A stretch of DNA of 64,000 bases from an uncultured Candidatus Bathyarchaeia archaeon (GCA_964508155.1 CAZDRE010000004.1:58989-122988), one strand, 5' to 3'; positions 21,190-30,207 are shown, numbered from the stretch's first letter. Translations and numbers: made by a program. The notes: generated by a model not told the origin, from the sequence alone.

Positions 21190-21780
21190 CTAGCAGTCTT
21201 CGAGATCATTGAGAGAAGCCCTTTTTGCTCCCCCCTTGATCATCTCTTCTATTGCCCTCTCACTATCTCCCGGATTTACATCGACGCCTTTAATTGCATC
21301 CATGAGAAGAATTGTTTCAAATCCTAGACGTAAAGCATCTAGCACCGTGCTTTTAACACAGTAGTCTGTCGCCAATCCTCCGACGAAGACCCTTTTAATA
21401 CCTGCATCCTTCAATTCCCTTTCCAGATTTGTTCCGTCAAATCCGGAATATGCCTCTTTATCGGCTGAAGTAGCCTTTGACACGACCTTAACTTCTCTTG
21501 GAAGCCTAAGGTCGGGATGAAATTCAGCTCCTAAGGTTCCTTGAACACAATGTGAAGGCCAAATCCCTCCGTAATCCTTAAATGACATATGATTTGGAGG
21601 ATGCCAATCTCTAGTTGCAACGATAAGCGCTCCAGCCTTAGAGAACTTCTCTATATACTTATTTAGTGTGGGAATGATCTTTTCGCCATCAGGAACGGGC
21701 AGGGCTCCTCCACTGCAAAAATCTCTTTGAACGTCAACTATAATTAATGCGTCTTTATACTTATCAATGCGATACTTCAT
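21190..21780 (-). CDS. pncA: nicotinamidase/pyrazinamidase
   Basis: VDVQRDF, DWHP, WPSHCV, YSGF, GLATDYCV. Confidence 0.92.
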   Translation of the reverse strand: MKYRIDKYKDALIIVDVQRDFCSGGALPVPDGEKIIPTLNKYIEKFSKAGALIVATRDWHPPNHMSFKDYGGIWPSHCVQGTLGAEFHPDLRLPREVKVVSKATSADKEAYSGFDGTNLERELKDAGIKRVFVGGLATDYCVKSTVLDALRLGFETILLMDAIKGVDVNPGDSERAIEEMIKGGAKRASLNDLEDC

Positions 21781-22048
21781 TAATTCCCCTCTAAGATCTT
21801 ACTTGAATACGCTTCTTATTCTTTATCATGCAATAATCTTCGAACTTACATTTTCTGTTAAAAATAAGCTACTTAAAAAATTGATTTTTATATTTTTCGG
21901 TTTAAGAAATTCATCAATACATATTTTAAGCGCCATAACAAATTTAAGGGGGAATACTAAAAAAATTTATAGTTAGCCTCATAATCAAACATGAGGAGCA
22001 AATGGACGAGGTTATGTATCGACCACATATATTCTATCTCTCCGGGTT

Positions 22049-22345
22049 GTGTCAGAATTGAATGGTCCGAGAAAATGTTCTCCACGTTGTCCAAAATTTA
22101 GATGCGCAAGGAACTTCCTTGAGTTTCGAAGCAGAATTGCTTGGTGCCGATGGACAAATGAGCCCTGCAATCCAGGAAATTGTAGTTATGCAATATGCAT
22201 TAGTAGACGGCTGTTACCTAATGGTATCTGCGGAGAATCGCTGAAGCGAAGAACCTCCGAGAAGAGACCTGAAGATGAACCTCTACAGACAATTAAGGTT
22301 CGTGGAAAAGTTTATAGGAAGATCGGCGAGAGAGAGATATTTTAA
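22049..22345 (+). CDS. Cys-rich small hypothetical protein
   Basis: CSPRCPKFRC...WCRW...C...CSYAIC...GIC; 8 Cys, probably metal-binding. Confidence 0.65.
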   Translation: MSELNGPRKCSPRCPKFRCARNFLEFRSRIAWCRWTNEPCNPGNCSYAICISRRLLPNGICGESLKRRTSEKRPEDEPLQTIKVRGKVYRKIGEREIF

Positions 22346-22365
22346 AGCGGATTTTCAATATTTTT

Positions 22366-23370
22366 TTATTCGCGCCTTGAAGGAAAACTCTTTTCGATTT
22401 TGGGAATTGTTAAATCAGATATATCTACGCTATGATCATAGATATTGCTAATTAATGAGATTATCGAGATCATCCTTTGATATGCTTCAGTGGGTAGCTC
22501 TGCACATGCTGATTCTGCAAATTCACATAGCCTCATAACTTCTTCTTTTTTCTCACGGACAGACTCTGCTGTTAAGATGCTATGTGATAGAAACGCGGTA
22601 ACAGCATCTTGATAGGACTCGTAAACGCGTCCATGAAGAGCCTTTAGAGCCTCAATAGTTTTTCCAGGCATCTCTATCCCCTTCAGTCTGATAGCATGTT
22701 CAGCAATCATCGATGCTTGATCCCCTACAGCCTCAACAAGACTAGCAGTTAGGCGATAATCCAAACAGTCTATCGGATAAACTTCGAGTTTCTCACTTAA
22801 ACGTGGATTCTGAATAACTGTTCTTAAGATTCTGACAAGAAGAAAATATAGTCGATCCACTTCATTATCTCTTGCGATTACGCTTCTTGCAAGTTGAATA
22901 TCCCTTTGAAGAACGGCCGTTACAGAGTCTCTAAGCATTCCTGCTGAAATTAAATATTCACGTCGAAGTATCTTTTCAGGCGGGAGAGCAGCTGGTTGCA
23001 ACAGACACTGTATAACTATATTCGCGTGATCCTCCTCTATGATCTCTAGGCCTATAAGCTTATTCACCGTTTCCTTTATTACCTCCCTATCTTCCATCAT
23101 TATTCTATCCTTAGCGCTTATGTGAATCACATCATAGCCTAGAAGATATTTGCTCACTATTTCTCTTCTCAAATACCGATTCGGCTCTAAGGTCGCTTTC
23201 AGAGGATAACGCTCTAATTTATATCGTGGATCAATAATCAGCCTTCCATCAGGCGTCACAAGAGTATAAACAACCGACCCTCTAGTAAGACCATTCTTTA
23301 ATGCCCAATCTTTAGGGAGAGTTACAAAGAAGGTTCCGCTTCTCGTCATTTGGATCCTACGTAGCTCCAT
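22366..23370 (-). CDS. phoU: phosphate uptake regulator (AbrB-PhoU-PhoU)
   Basis: RRIQ..SGTFFVTLPKDW AbrB domain, YLLGYD, DNEVDRLY, EAVGD. Confidence 0.85.
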   Translation of the reverse strand: MELRRIQMTRSGTFFVTLPKDWALKNGLTRGSVVYTLVTPDGRLIIDPRYKLERYPLKATLEPNRYLRREIVSKYLLGYDVIHISAKDRIMMEDREVIKETVNKLIGLEIIEEDHANIVIQCLLQPAALPPEKILRREYLISAGMLRDSVTAVLQRDIQLARSVIARDNEVDRLYFLLVRILRTVIQNPRLSEKLEVYPIDCLDYRLTASLVEAVGDQASMIAEHAIRLKGIEMPGKTIEALKALHGRVYESYQDAVTAFLSHSILTAESVREKKEEVMRLCEFAESACAELPTEAYQRMISIISLISNIYDHSVDISDLTIPKIEKSFPSRRE

Positions 23371-23531
23371 TGTGCCACGCCCAAAATATCTCCGTTACAA
23401 AAGAATAAAAGTATATTGGAAAGTTTAAACATGTCCATACCGATTTTTTGATTGATCATACATGTTTCTATGAGCAGATCTTAAAGCTAAAATAATGATA
23501 GAGTAAGATAAACGAAGCTGAAGGATGGCCG

Positions 23532-25058
23532 TTGGAGCAAAATGCTAAGTTAAGACGGGCGATCTCCCTGATAATTGAATCCGGTTATCAAATTGATAGT
23601 GATACATTTCAGATCTTAAAGGAAGCATCAGAAAGAGTAGACATAGAACGCCTCGTAAGGAGCATAATCGAAGACGCTAAGAATCTTCGGGAGAAATCTC
23701 TTTTTCTAAGCCGAAAACTTATAGAAAAGAAGATCTCGGAGTTGGGGGGACAAGAACAAACTATAGAGGAAACCGTTACAACTGGAAAGGGCAGATATAG
23801 GCCTTATGCAAAAGAAGTAGAATCTGAAGTTAAGATCTTAAAAAATCCAGCTGAAAATATCAGCGCAAAAGGATCACTAGAGAACTACATCAAGTATTTT
23901 CAGGATCGATTTCGCAGAATTCAAAAGATATTGAGAAGAAGGATGAACTCTGTAAGTTCAGGAAGCATTATACAGGCATTGAAGGCTCCACCAAACTCTA
24001 AAGTCGGATTCACTTGTATGTTAATAGAAAAGCGAGAGACGCCCAGCGGCATATTTCTGCATGTTGAAGACCTAGAGACGGATGCAACAGTCTTTGTGCC
24101 ATCACAAAACCCAGAACTTTATAGGAAGGCTCAGAAGCTAATGCTTGATCAGGTAATCTTTATATCTGCAGTTAAGGGCAGAGGAGATCTATTAATCGCC
24201 GATGATATAGTGTATCCAGATTTGCCGTTAAGAAAGCCGAATAGGGCAGAACTACCAGTATATGCTGCGCTTTTATCTGATATGCACGTTGGAAGTAAAA
24301 TGTTCATGGAGAAAGCATTTAAACGCTTTCTTTCATGGCTGAAAGGAGATGTTGGAAACCGGCGGCTCAGAGAGATCGCTTCTCACATAAAGTATCTGAT
24401 TATAGCAGGAGACATAGTCGACGGCGTTGGAATCTATCCGAGACAGATTGAGGAATTAGAAATAATAGATATTTATGAGCAGTACAGGTATGCTACTAAG
24501 TTATTCGAAAAGATTCCCGAATATATAGATGTTACATTGATACCTGGAAATCATGACGCTTGCAGGAGATCTTTGCCTCAGCCAGCAATATTAAAAGACT
24601 ATGCCGAGCCGCTCTATGAGGCTGGAAGATTCAGACTTCTGGGAAATCCATGCGTGCTTAGTCTTCACGGAGTTAAAATCCTAGTTATGCATGGACGGAG
24701 CTTAGATGATGTTATATCAACTGTTCCGGGAATGAGCTTCGAAAGACCTGATGAAGCTATGAAGTTTCTTCTACAGTGCAGGCACTTAGCACCTACATAT
24801 GGGTCAAGAACTCTAATAGCCTCAGAGCCAATCGATCATTTAGTTATTGAGGATGAACCTGACATATTTCATGCAGGGCACGTTCACATGATGAGTTACA
24901 GCAATTATAGAGGAACTTTAATTGTTAATTCCGGGGCTTGGCAGGAGCAGACAGAGTATCAGAGGGAGATGGGTCATACACCAAATCCTGGCATAATACC
25001 CATAGTTAACCTACAGAGCCTCGAAGTCTTCCCTATAAATTTCACTTCGAATGTATAA
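23532..25058 (+). CDS. polB: DNA polymerase D small (proofreading exonuclease) subunit DP1
   Basis: SDMHVGS, AGDIVDGVGIYP, PGNHD, HGRS, RHLAP, GHVH, NSGAWQEQT. Confidence 0.95.
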   Translation: MEQNAKLRRAISLIIESGYQIDSDTFQILKEASERVDIERLVRSIIEDAKNLREKSLFLSRKLIEKKISELGGQEQTIEETVTTGKGRYRPYAKEVESEVKILKNPAENISAKGSLENYIKYFQDRFRRIQKILRRRMNSVSSGSIIQALKAPPNSKVGFTCMLIEKRETPSGIFLHVEDLETDATVFVPSQNPELYRKAQKLMLDQVIFISAVKGRGDLLIADDIVYPDLPLRKPNRAELPVYAALLSDMHVGSKMFMEKAFKRFLSWLKGDVGNRRLREIASHIKYLIIAGDIVDGVGIYPRQIEELEIIDIYEQYRYATKLFEKIPEYIDVTLIPGNHDACRRSLPQPAILKDYAEPLYEAGRFRLLGNPCVLSLHGVKILVMHGRSLDDVISTVPGMSFERPDEAMKFLLQCRHLAPTYGSRTLIASEPIDHLVIEDEPDIFHAGHVHMMSYSNYRGTLIVNSGAWQEQTEYQREMGHTPNPGIIPIVNLQSLEVFPINFTSNV

Positions 25059-25061
25059 ATG

Positions 25062-26303
25062 TCAGCGAAGGGTGTTCAAATACTTGGGAATATAACTTAT
25101 CATGTTTCTGATTCTTTCATCCTCCAAGAATGCCTCTTTTATAACTCTGAATGGAACTCCAAGTGTTGTCTTTTTTGATCTTCCATACCTACCAAGACTT
25201 ACAACTCTCGAGTTTACTAACCCGATAATATCAAGTTCATTTATTAGTCCGCTTACCCTTCTCTGTGTGAGCGGATTAATGCCCATCTCCTCACATAGCT
25301 CGCAATATACATTGTAAATATCTCCGGTCATGAGAGCCTTAGCCTTGGACTTTGAAAGAAGGAACAAACTCAAAAGCACGACTTTTGAGTGCATTGGGAG
25401 AGATCTCAAAGTTTCGATTATGTGATCATGCTCGATTCTTTTCTGAGCTTTATACACATATTCCTCTGAGATCTCATTTTTTCCATCTCTCTCAGCAAGT
25501 TCAGCGGCTACTCGGAGAAGATCAAGTGCTCTTCTAGCATCACCATGCTCAGCCGCAGCAATAGCCGAACATAATTTTATTGCAGCATCAACCGATACTT
25601 CCTCCCTAAAGGCTATCTTTGCACGTTGTCTAAGAATATCTTGAAGCTCTTCAGCATTGTATGGCTTAAATACGATCTCCTCTTCACTTAATGTACTTAA
25701 AACTCTTGGATCAAGCATGTCCTTGAAGCGAAGATCATTCGATATTCCAAGAATTGAAACTTTACTTTGACTAAGAGTTTCATTTATTCTGGTTAGCTCA
25801 TAAAGGAGAGTATCTCCTCTTTCCTTTATGAGGGCATCTATCTCGTCAAGAGCAACTACAAGAACTATCTTTTTGGAGTCTAGAGCCGATTTGAATCTAT
25901 CAAAGACTTCTCCTAATGCAAGACCAGTAAATGGAACCTTAACATCTATGCTGGAGCATAGTGCCGAAAGAACTCTATACTCAGTTCCTACAAGCCTACA
26001 ATTTACAAATGACACCTTGAGCGGCGCTTTAATCTCCATAGCTTTCTTGGCTAAATGATTAATAACAAACTTTGTTACAGCCGTTTTTCCTGTTCCTGTT
26101 TTTCCATAGATTAAAACATTTGAGCAAAGCATTCCTCTTAGTGAAGGACCCAAAATTTGCCCTAACAATCGTATTTCTTCTTCCCTATGAGGAAGGTAGT
26201 TAGGAATGTAATCATGCCTGAGAGCCTCTCGATTCTTAAAGATCCTAGACTCTCCCAGGAAGTTGCTAAAGACATTGTCTAATATCTCGCTCTGTCTCTC
26301 CAT
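25062..26303 (-). CDS. cdc6: Orc1/Cdc6 replication initiator
   Basis: LPHREE, Walker A GKTGTGKT, Walker B LDEID, GDARRALDLLR, C-terminal wHTH SLGRYGR. Confidence 0.96.
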   Translation of the reverse strand: MERQSEILDNVFSNFLGESRIFKNREALRHDYIPNYLPHREEEIRLLGQILGPSLRGMLCSNVLIYGKTGTGKTAVTKFVINHLAKKAMEIKAPLKVSFVNCRLVGTEYRVLSALCSSIDVKVPFTGLALGEVFDRFKSALDSKKIVLVVALDEIDALIKERGDTLLYELTRINETLSQSKVSILGISNDLRFKDMLDPRVLSTLSEEEIVFKPYNAEELQDILRQRAKIAFREEVSVDAAIKLCSAIAAAEHGDARRALDLLRVAAELAERDGKNEISEEYVYKAQKRIEHDHIIETLRSLPMHSKVVLLSLFLLSKSKAKALMTGDIYNVYCELCEEMGINPLTQRRVSGLINELDIIGLVNSRVVSLGRYGRSKKTTLGVPFRVIKEAFLEDERIRNMISYIPKYLNTLR

Positions 26304-26421
26304 AGTGATCCTCTAGCCGTAAAGTCGCTTTCTAGGAATAGATGATATTCGCGGTAATGATAGATAAGGTATGCTCTACAAAAAAATTGATAATGTAACA
26401 AAACATCTTGACATTCTCCCA

Positions 26422-26444
26422 CACCCCTAAATTTCTACTGGAAC
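26422..26444 (-). repeat. ORB element 1
   Basis: Minus strand GTTCCAGTAGAAATTTAGGGGTG matches the ORB core TTCCAGTGGAAA plus G-string. Confidence 0.88.
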
Positions 26445-26534
26445 CTATCAATCTTACCGTTTCAATTTTTGAAAAATATAAAAAATAGGATAATATTAGA
26501 TTAGTTCTAAGAAATTGGGAAATAGGAAAAAGAG

Positions 26535-26557
26535 TTTCCAGTAGAAATAGAAGGGTG
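26535..26557 (+). repeat. ORB element 2
   Basis: TTTCCAGTAGAAATAGAAGGGTG, inverted relative to ORB1 across an AT-rich tract. Confidence 0.88.
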
Positions 26558-26659
26558 CGGCTCTTCTTATCTTTGTGTAAAGAAAAATATGTGATCTGGA
26601 AAGTTTCTTCCTTTTCCTCTTTCTTCTCCGTATTTTTTCTTCATTTTTCTGTGAATTGG

Positions 26660-26682
26660 CACCCCTCCATTTCCACTGGAAA
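26660..26682 (-). repeat. ORB element 3
   Basis: Minus strand TTTCCAGTGGAAATGGAGGGGTG, perfect ORB core. Confidence 0.9.
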
Positions 26683-26854
26683 TCTGAACAGAATTACTTT
26701 TTATTTTCGTTTTCTTTTAGAACATAGCATTATCTTTTCTTCACAGAAATATTTGAATATTTTGTCTCTTTTTGCCTTTTAGGGATATTTTGTATTTATT
26801 TTCTTCACTGATTAACCGATGATCTTATTAACTTGCGAAATGTATAAAGAAATA

Positions 26855-26870
26855 TTGTGAAGCGTCACAA
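26855..26870. promoter_or_regulatory. palindromic operator-like site TTGTGA-N4-TCACAA
   Basis: Perfect 6-bp arms between TATA-like TGTATAAA (26841-26848) and the start at 26873. Confidence 0.5.
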
Positions 26871-26872
26871 CG

Positions 26873-27262
26873 GTGATACGACTATTGCCAGCCAATAAGA
26901 TTCGCGTTGAGGTATATGACAGGTCGGGCAACCGTTATACAATAACGTTAGAGGGTTCAATCTCTAGAGAAAATGTTATAAAGCTCTTAGATATAGTTGA
27001 ACTTCTTGGCGGAATGCATGGCTCACCTTCTAATTCAAGTTTCTCAACTAAATTCGAGAAGATTCAATCAATAATCGAGAATTGTTTTTCGTCTTCTTGG
27101 TTCTCAGCTAAAGATGTACAAATAGAATATAGAAATATCACAGGCGAGCATATAGGCTTAAGCACAGTTTCCACTTATCTTTCGCGGTTAAGTGAACGCG
27201 GACTATTGATTAAGCAGAGAATATCCAATAGGACTCGTTATCGTCTCATTACCGTTAAATGA
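26873..27262 (+). CDS. origin-adjacent winged-helix protein
   Basis: Small N-terminal alpha/beta domain, then FSAKDV...LSTVSTYLSRLSERGLL...RYRL wHTH. Confidence 0.75.
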   Translation: MIRLLPANKIRVEVYDRSGNRYTITLEGSISRENVIKLLDIVELLGGMHGSPSNSSFSTKFEKIQSIIENCFSSSWFSAKDVQIEYRNITGEHIGLSTVSTYLSRLSERGLLIKQRISNRTRYRLITVK

Positions 27263-27266
27263 TTCA

Positions 27267-27950
27267 TTAACTCTCTCTGCTCAGTATTCTTCTCATCTCT
27301 TCCTTTATCCTATATACATACGGAATTCTATCAGTTCTTCTCTCGACATATCCTTTATCATAAAGATTTTTCATTAAACGTCCCGTATGCTCTCTTGTCA
27401 ATCCGATCCTACTTCTTATTTCACGAACAGTCTTATCTCCTTCAGTACATAGAATCTCAAGGACCCTAAGTTCTGTTGGTGTAAGTGAAGTTATTGCCCT
27501 CTCTTTTTCTAAAGGAAATGCAGGCTCAAGATGCATCGGCTGTCCTCTTTCTCTCTTGAGCCTCTCATCCTGAACCTTCTCTTTCGAAGTTCTATTCATA
27601 TTTACTTTTATTTCCTCAATTTTATTATTTAGTTCTAAATATGACTCTTGTAACCTACTTACTTTAGAAGAAATGGTCTCCAAATCGATTTTAATTTGCT
27701 TCAAATCAGGTAATTCCAAATGAGAAAATCTTCTTTCAAGATCTTTAATTCCCTTTCTTAATTCTTCAATTTCTTTCCTGAAGCTAAAAATTACCTCTTC
27801 AATTATACCCTTAGCTTGAGCGTACTCTCTGCTGACGTTCAGTGATTTTATTACATAAATTATAAGGATTATCGACATAATAGAGAGAAGCAATAAATTG
27901 GCAATAAAGATCATCGAATCGCCCAATTCGATCTCCTCTCGTGACCTCAC
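27267..27950 (-). CDS. membrane-anchored coiled-coil protein with C-terminal winged HTH
   Basis: Hydrophobic IFIANLLLLSIMSIILIIYVI, heptad coiled coil, then LTPTELRVLEIL...TREHTGRLMKNLYDKGYVER...PYVY; start may be at 27914 or 27926. Confidence 0.8.
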   Translation of the reverse strand: MRSREEIELGDSMIFIANLLLLSIMSIILIIYVIKSLNVSREYAQAKGIIEEVIFSFRKEIEELRKGIKDLERRFSHLELPDLKQIKIDLETISSKVSRLQESYLELNNKIEEIKVNMNRTSKEKVQDERLKRERGQPMHLEPAFPLEKERAITSLTPTELRVLEILCTEGDKTVREIRSRIGLTREHTGRLMKNLYDKGYVERRTDRIPYVYRIKEEMRRILSRES

Positions 27951-27991
27951 ACGATATCACATATCACAAATAAATCATATATGATGTCACA
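27941..27991. repeat. TGTGAT/ATCACA repeat cluster A
   Basis: GTGACCTCACA, GATATCACATATCACA, ATGATGTCACA lying between the TATA box (minus-strand TTTATTTAAT, 27991-28000) and the gene start. Confidence 0.7.
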
Positions 27992-28063
27992 TTAAATAAA
28001 GCTTTTTGAGGCAATTATCCAATTAAAGGAGTGAAATAATCTTCTTTTATTGGCCCAATCTTT

Positions 28064-28103
28064 TGTGATTTGTGATTTGTAATGCGTGATGTGTGATATC
28101 ACA
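28064..28103. repeat. tandem heptad array B ending in palindrome TGTGATATCACA
   Basis: TGTGATT TGTGATT TGTAATG CGTGATG TGTGATA TCACA, exact 7-bp period. Confidence 0.8.
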
Positions 28104-28587
28104 TTTTCATTGCTCTCGGTTTTGAAAGATTAATTAATTCATTTTTTATTTCATCTTGGAACATTTGTAGAAATCTTAGAGTTTCCTTTGATTTTCTATT
28201 TTCTTGCCAAAAATTCCTGTATGCTTCCATATAATCCTTAATTTTGTTTGCAATTTCTATATAAGGCTCAAGATTTGGAGTATCGAGTATGCCTAGATAT
28301 CCTAAAAGAATTATCGTATAAATTGATCTTATCGCATTAATTCTGGCCTGTGCTAGTGTTCGGTTGAATGATCCTCTACTTACGCCCGATCTTATAAGTC
28401 TCATCTTGGCTTTATCTTCATAAACTATCCTCTTTCCTGAAATTTTTTCCGCTAAAATGTCAATTAAAAGAGTTTCTAATTGTGTTTTTGTTAACTGACT
28501 GTTTTTTAGAAGTGTTTCAACAATTGGGTCTCGAAAAATTCCTAAAAGCCATCTTCTAACATCATTCCTCAAACTCTCAATTGACAC
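28099..28587 (-). CDS. conserved archaeal hypothetical protein with HTH-like core
   Basis: SQLTKTQLETLL...VSRGSFNRTLAQARINAIRSIYT resembles a sigma-70 region 4/HTH-type helix pair. Confidence 0.7.
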   Translation of the reverse strand: MSIESLRNDVRRWLLGIFRDPIVETLLKNSQLTKTQLETLLIDILAEKISGKRIVYEDKAKMRLIRSGVSRGSFNRTLAQARINAIRSIYTIILLGYLGILDTPNLEPYIEIANKIKDYMEAYRNFWQENRKSKETLRFLQMFQDEIKNELINLSKPRAMKM

Positions 28588-28699
28588 GCTATAATCGCCC
28601 CTGTTTTGGATACAATTTAATATACGCCTATATGACTGATTCTTTATAAATCTTGTTTAATAATCAACTAAAATAAAAGTCTATTTCAATATGCTACTT

Positions 28700-28749
28700 T
28701 ATCACAGAACTTCTATCACGTATCGTGTGATGTAACATGTGATATCATG
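28700..28749. repeat. TGTGAT/ATCACA repeat cluster C
   Basis: TATCACA, TATCACG, then tandem TGTGATGTAACA and TGTGATATCATG in the divergent promoter region. Confidence 0.7.
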
Positions 28750-28811
28750 ATCAGAATTTTAAACGGCAAACCTTAAGAGCAAATTTAGCATTTTATCTTT
28801 CGGAGAGAAGG

Positions 28812-29039
28812 ATGGGTAGAAGAAGACGAAAGATTATTAGAATGCCCAAGAAGAAGCTTCCGAGGGTCTTTCTTTGTCCGAAGTGCGGGAAAGAGGCTAT
28901 AAGGGTTGAGATAAAAGATTCAAAGAGTGCCTTAGTGAAGTGCGGGAGTTGCGGATTATCTGTTGAAATGCCAAAGAAGGAGATTCACAAAGAAATCGAT
29001 GTATACTGCAATTTTATCGACAATTATTATAGTGTTTAA
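28812..29039 (+). CDS. elf1: transcription elongation factor Elf1
   Basis: MGRRRRK...LP..FLCPKC...CGSCG...IDVYCNFID. Confidence 0.92.
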   Translation: MGRRRRKIIRMPKKKLPRVFLCPKCGKEAIRVEIKDSKSALVKCGSCGLSVEMPKKEIHKEIDVYCNFIDNYYSV

Positions 29040-29086
29040 ATCTTTTAAGAGTTAAAAAGCAAGAAAAAGGAAAGGGAGAGGACTGT

Positions 29087-29875
29087 ATGCTAGGTAAGAT
29101 CGAAAAGTATCTGCTCACGAATATTCAGGAAAAAGGCTCAATATTCATTCCCTTAATCGATCCTGAAGAGGTTACTGCCTCATCGGCTTCGCTCATTGCG
29201 GTCGAAGGGGAGGAAGCAGGAGCGTCAGCTATTATGGTAGGAGGTTCCACGCTCGTATCCTCTGAGATCCTCGATGATATTGTTAAGGCCATCAAGGAGA
29301 GTGTCAACATTCCCGTAATACTCTTCCCAAATAACATTACTGGCATAAGCAGATATGCAGATGCAATATGGTTTATGTCTCTTCTCAATTCGGCTGATCC
29401 ATACTTCATTATTGGAGCTCAAGTGCTTGCCGCTCCCTTAATAAGAAAGTTTCGTATAGAACCCATCCCACTTGGTTACTTAATTCTAGGGGAAGGCGGA
29501 GCTGCAGGCGTCATCGGGAAGGCATGCCCAATACCATATAATAAGCCTGAATTGGCAGTTGCCCATGCTTTAGCCGCTCAATTCTTAGGTATGAGATTTA
29601 TATATTTGGAAGGGGGATCTGGAGCCAGCGAGCCTATTCCATCTAAGACTGTCAGGATAGTAAAGAATAGTGTTGATCTGCCCCTTATTGTTGGAGGTGG
29701 AATACGAACGGGGACTCAGGTAAAGAGGATCGTGCATGCAGGAGCTGATATCATAGTAACAAGCACGATCCTAGAAAAGAGCGATACTAGATCATTAAGG
29801 AATAAGATGAAGGAGATAATGGAAGGCATAAAAGAGGGAGTTACAAATAGAAATATAACAAGTTCAGATGATTAA
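29087..29875 (+). CDS. geranylgeranylglyceryl phosphate synthase
   Basis: LIDPE, MVGGS, FMSLLNS, YLEGGSGA, VGGGIR. Confidence 0.92.
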   Translation: MLGKIEKYLLTNIQEKGSIFIPLIDPEEVTASSASLIAVEGEEAGASAIMVGGSTLVSSEILDDIVKAIKESVNIPVILFPNNITGISRYADAIWFMSLLNSADPYFIIGAQVLAAPLIRKFRIEPIPLGYLILGEGGAAGVIGKACPIPYNKPELAVAHALAAQFLGMRFIYLEGGSGASEPIPSKTVRIVKNSVDLPLIVGGGIRTGTQVKRIVHAGADIIVTSTILEKSDTRSLRNKMKEIMEGIKEGVTNRNITSSDD

Positions 29876-29888
29876 GGAGGGCTAAAAT

Positions 29889-30200
29889 TTGACATCATTC
29901 GAGAATTACTTTGCATCTTTAAAGAAGATCTTGGGAAGGGAAGATTTATACGATATATGGCCTGACTTCGAACCAGAATACGATGAACGGGAATTCGCTT
30001 GGACAAATCTCAAAGGATTAGGAGAAACTCTACTTCTCAATTGTGGCCAATGCGACGGTCCGTCAGATATGAGACATAAACGATGTAGAGAATGCGTAAA
30101 TCGTAGGGCTAAAATTGCAAGAGAAGTCTATCGTCAAGTTGTTGGTCACCCAATAGAGAAATGGCCTACAATAATACTCTGCAGAATCCATACTGAATAG
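29889..30200 (+). CDS. small Cys-containing hypothetical protein
   Basis: LLNCGQCDGPSDMRHKRCREC; GGAGG upstream; 7 nt before polC. Confidence 0.7.
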   Translation: MTSFENYFASLKKILGREDLYDIWPDFEPEYDEREFAWTNLKGLGETLLLNCGQCDGPSDMRHKRCRECVNRRAKIAREVYRQVVGHPIEKWPTIILCRIHTE

Positions 30201-30207
30201 AATTCAA

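Larger units (their letters stand above)
26340..26820. other. chromosomal replication origin (oriC)
   Basis: Non-coding AT-rich region directly upstream of cdc6 with three ORB elements and A/T-rich DUE-like tracts. Confidence 0.88.

Noticed and set aside
21767..21976. 69-aa ORF
   Set aside because: Lies in an AT-rich divergent promoter region and has low-complexity composition.
26555..26782. 75-aa Phe-rich ORF
   Set aside because: Overlaps ORB2/ORB3 and T-rich origin DNA; a compositional artefact.
27941..28749. CRISPR array interpretation of the repeats
   Set aside because: Units are 7-12 bp with no unique spacers, and there are no cas genes.
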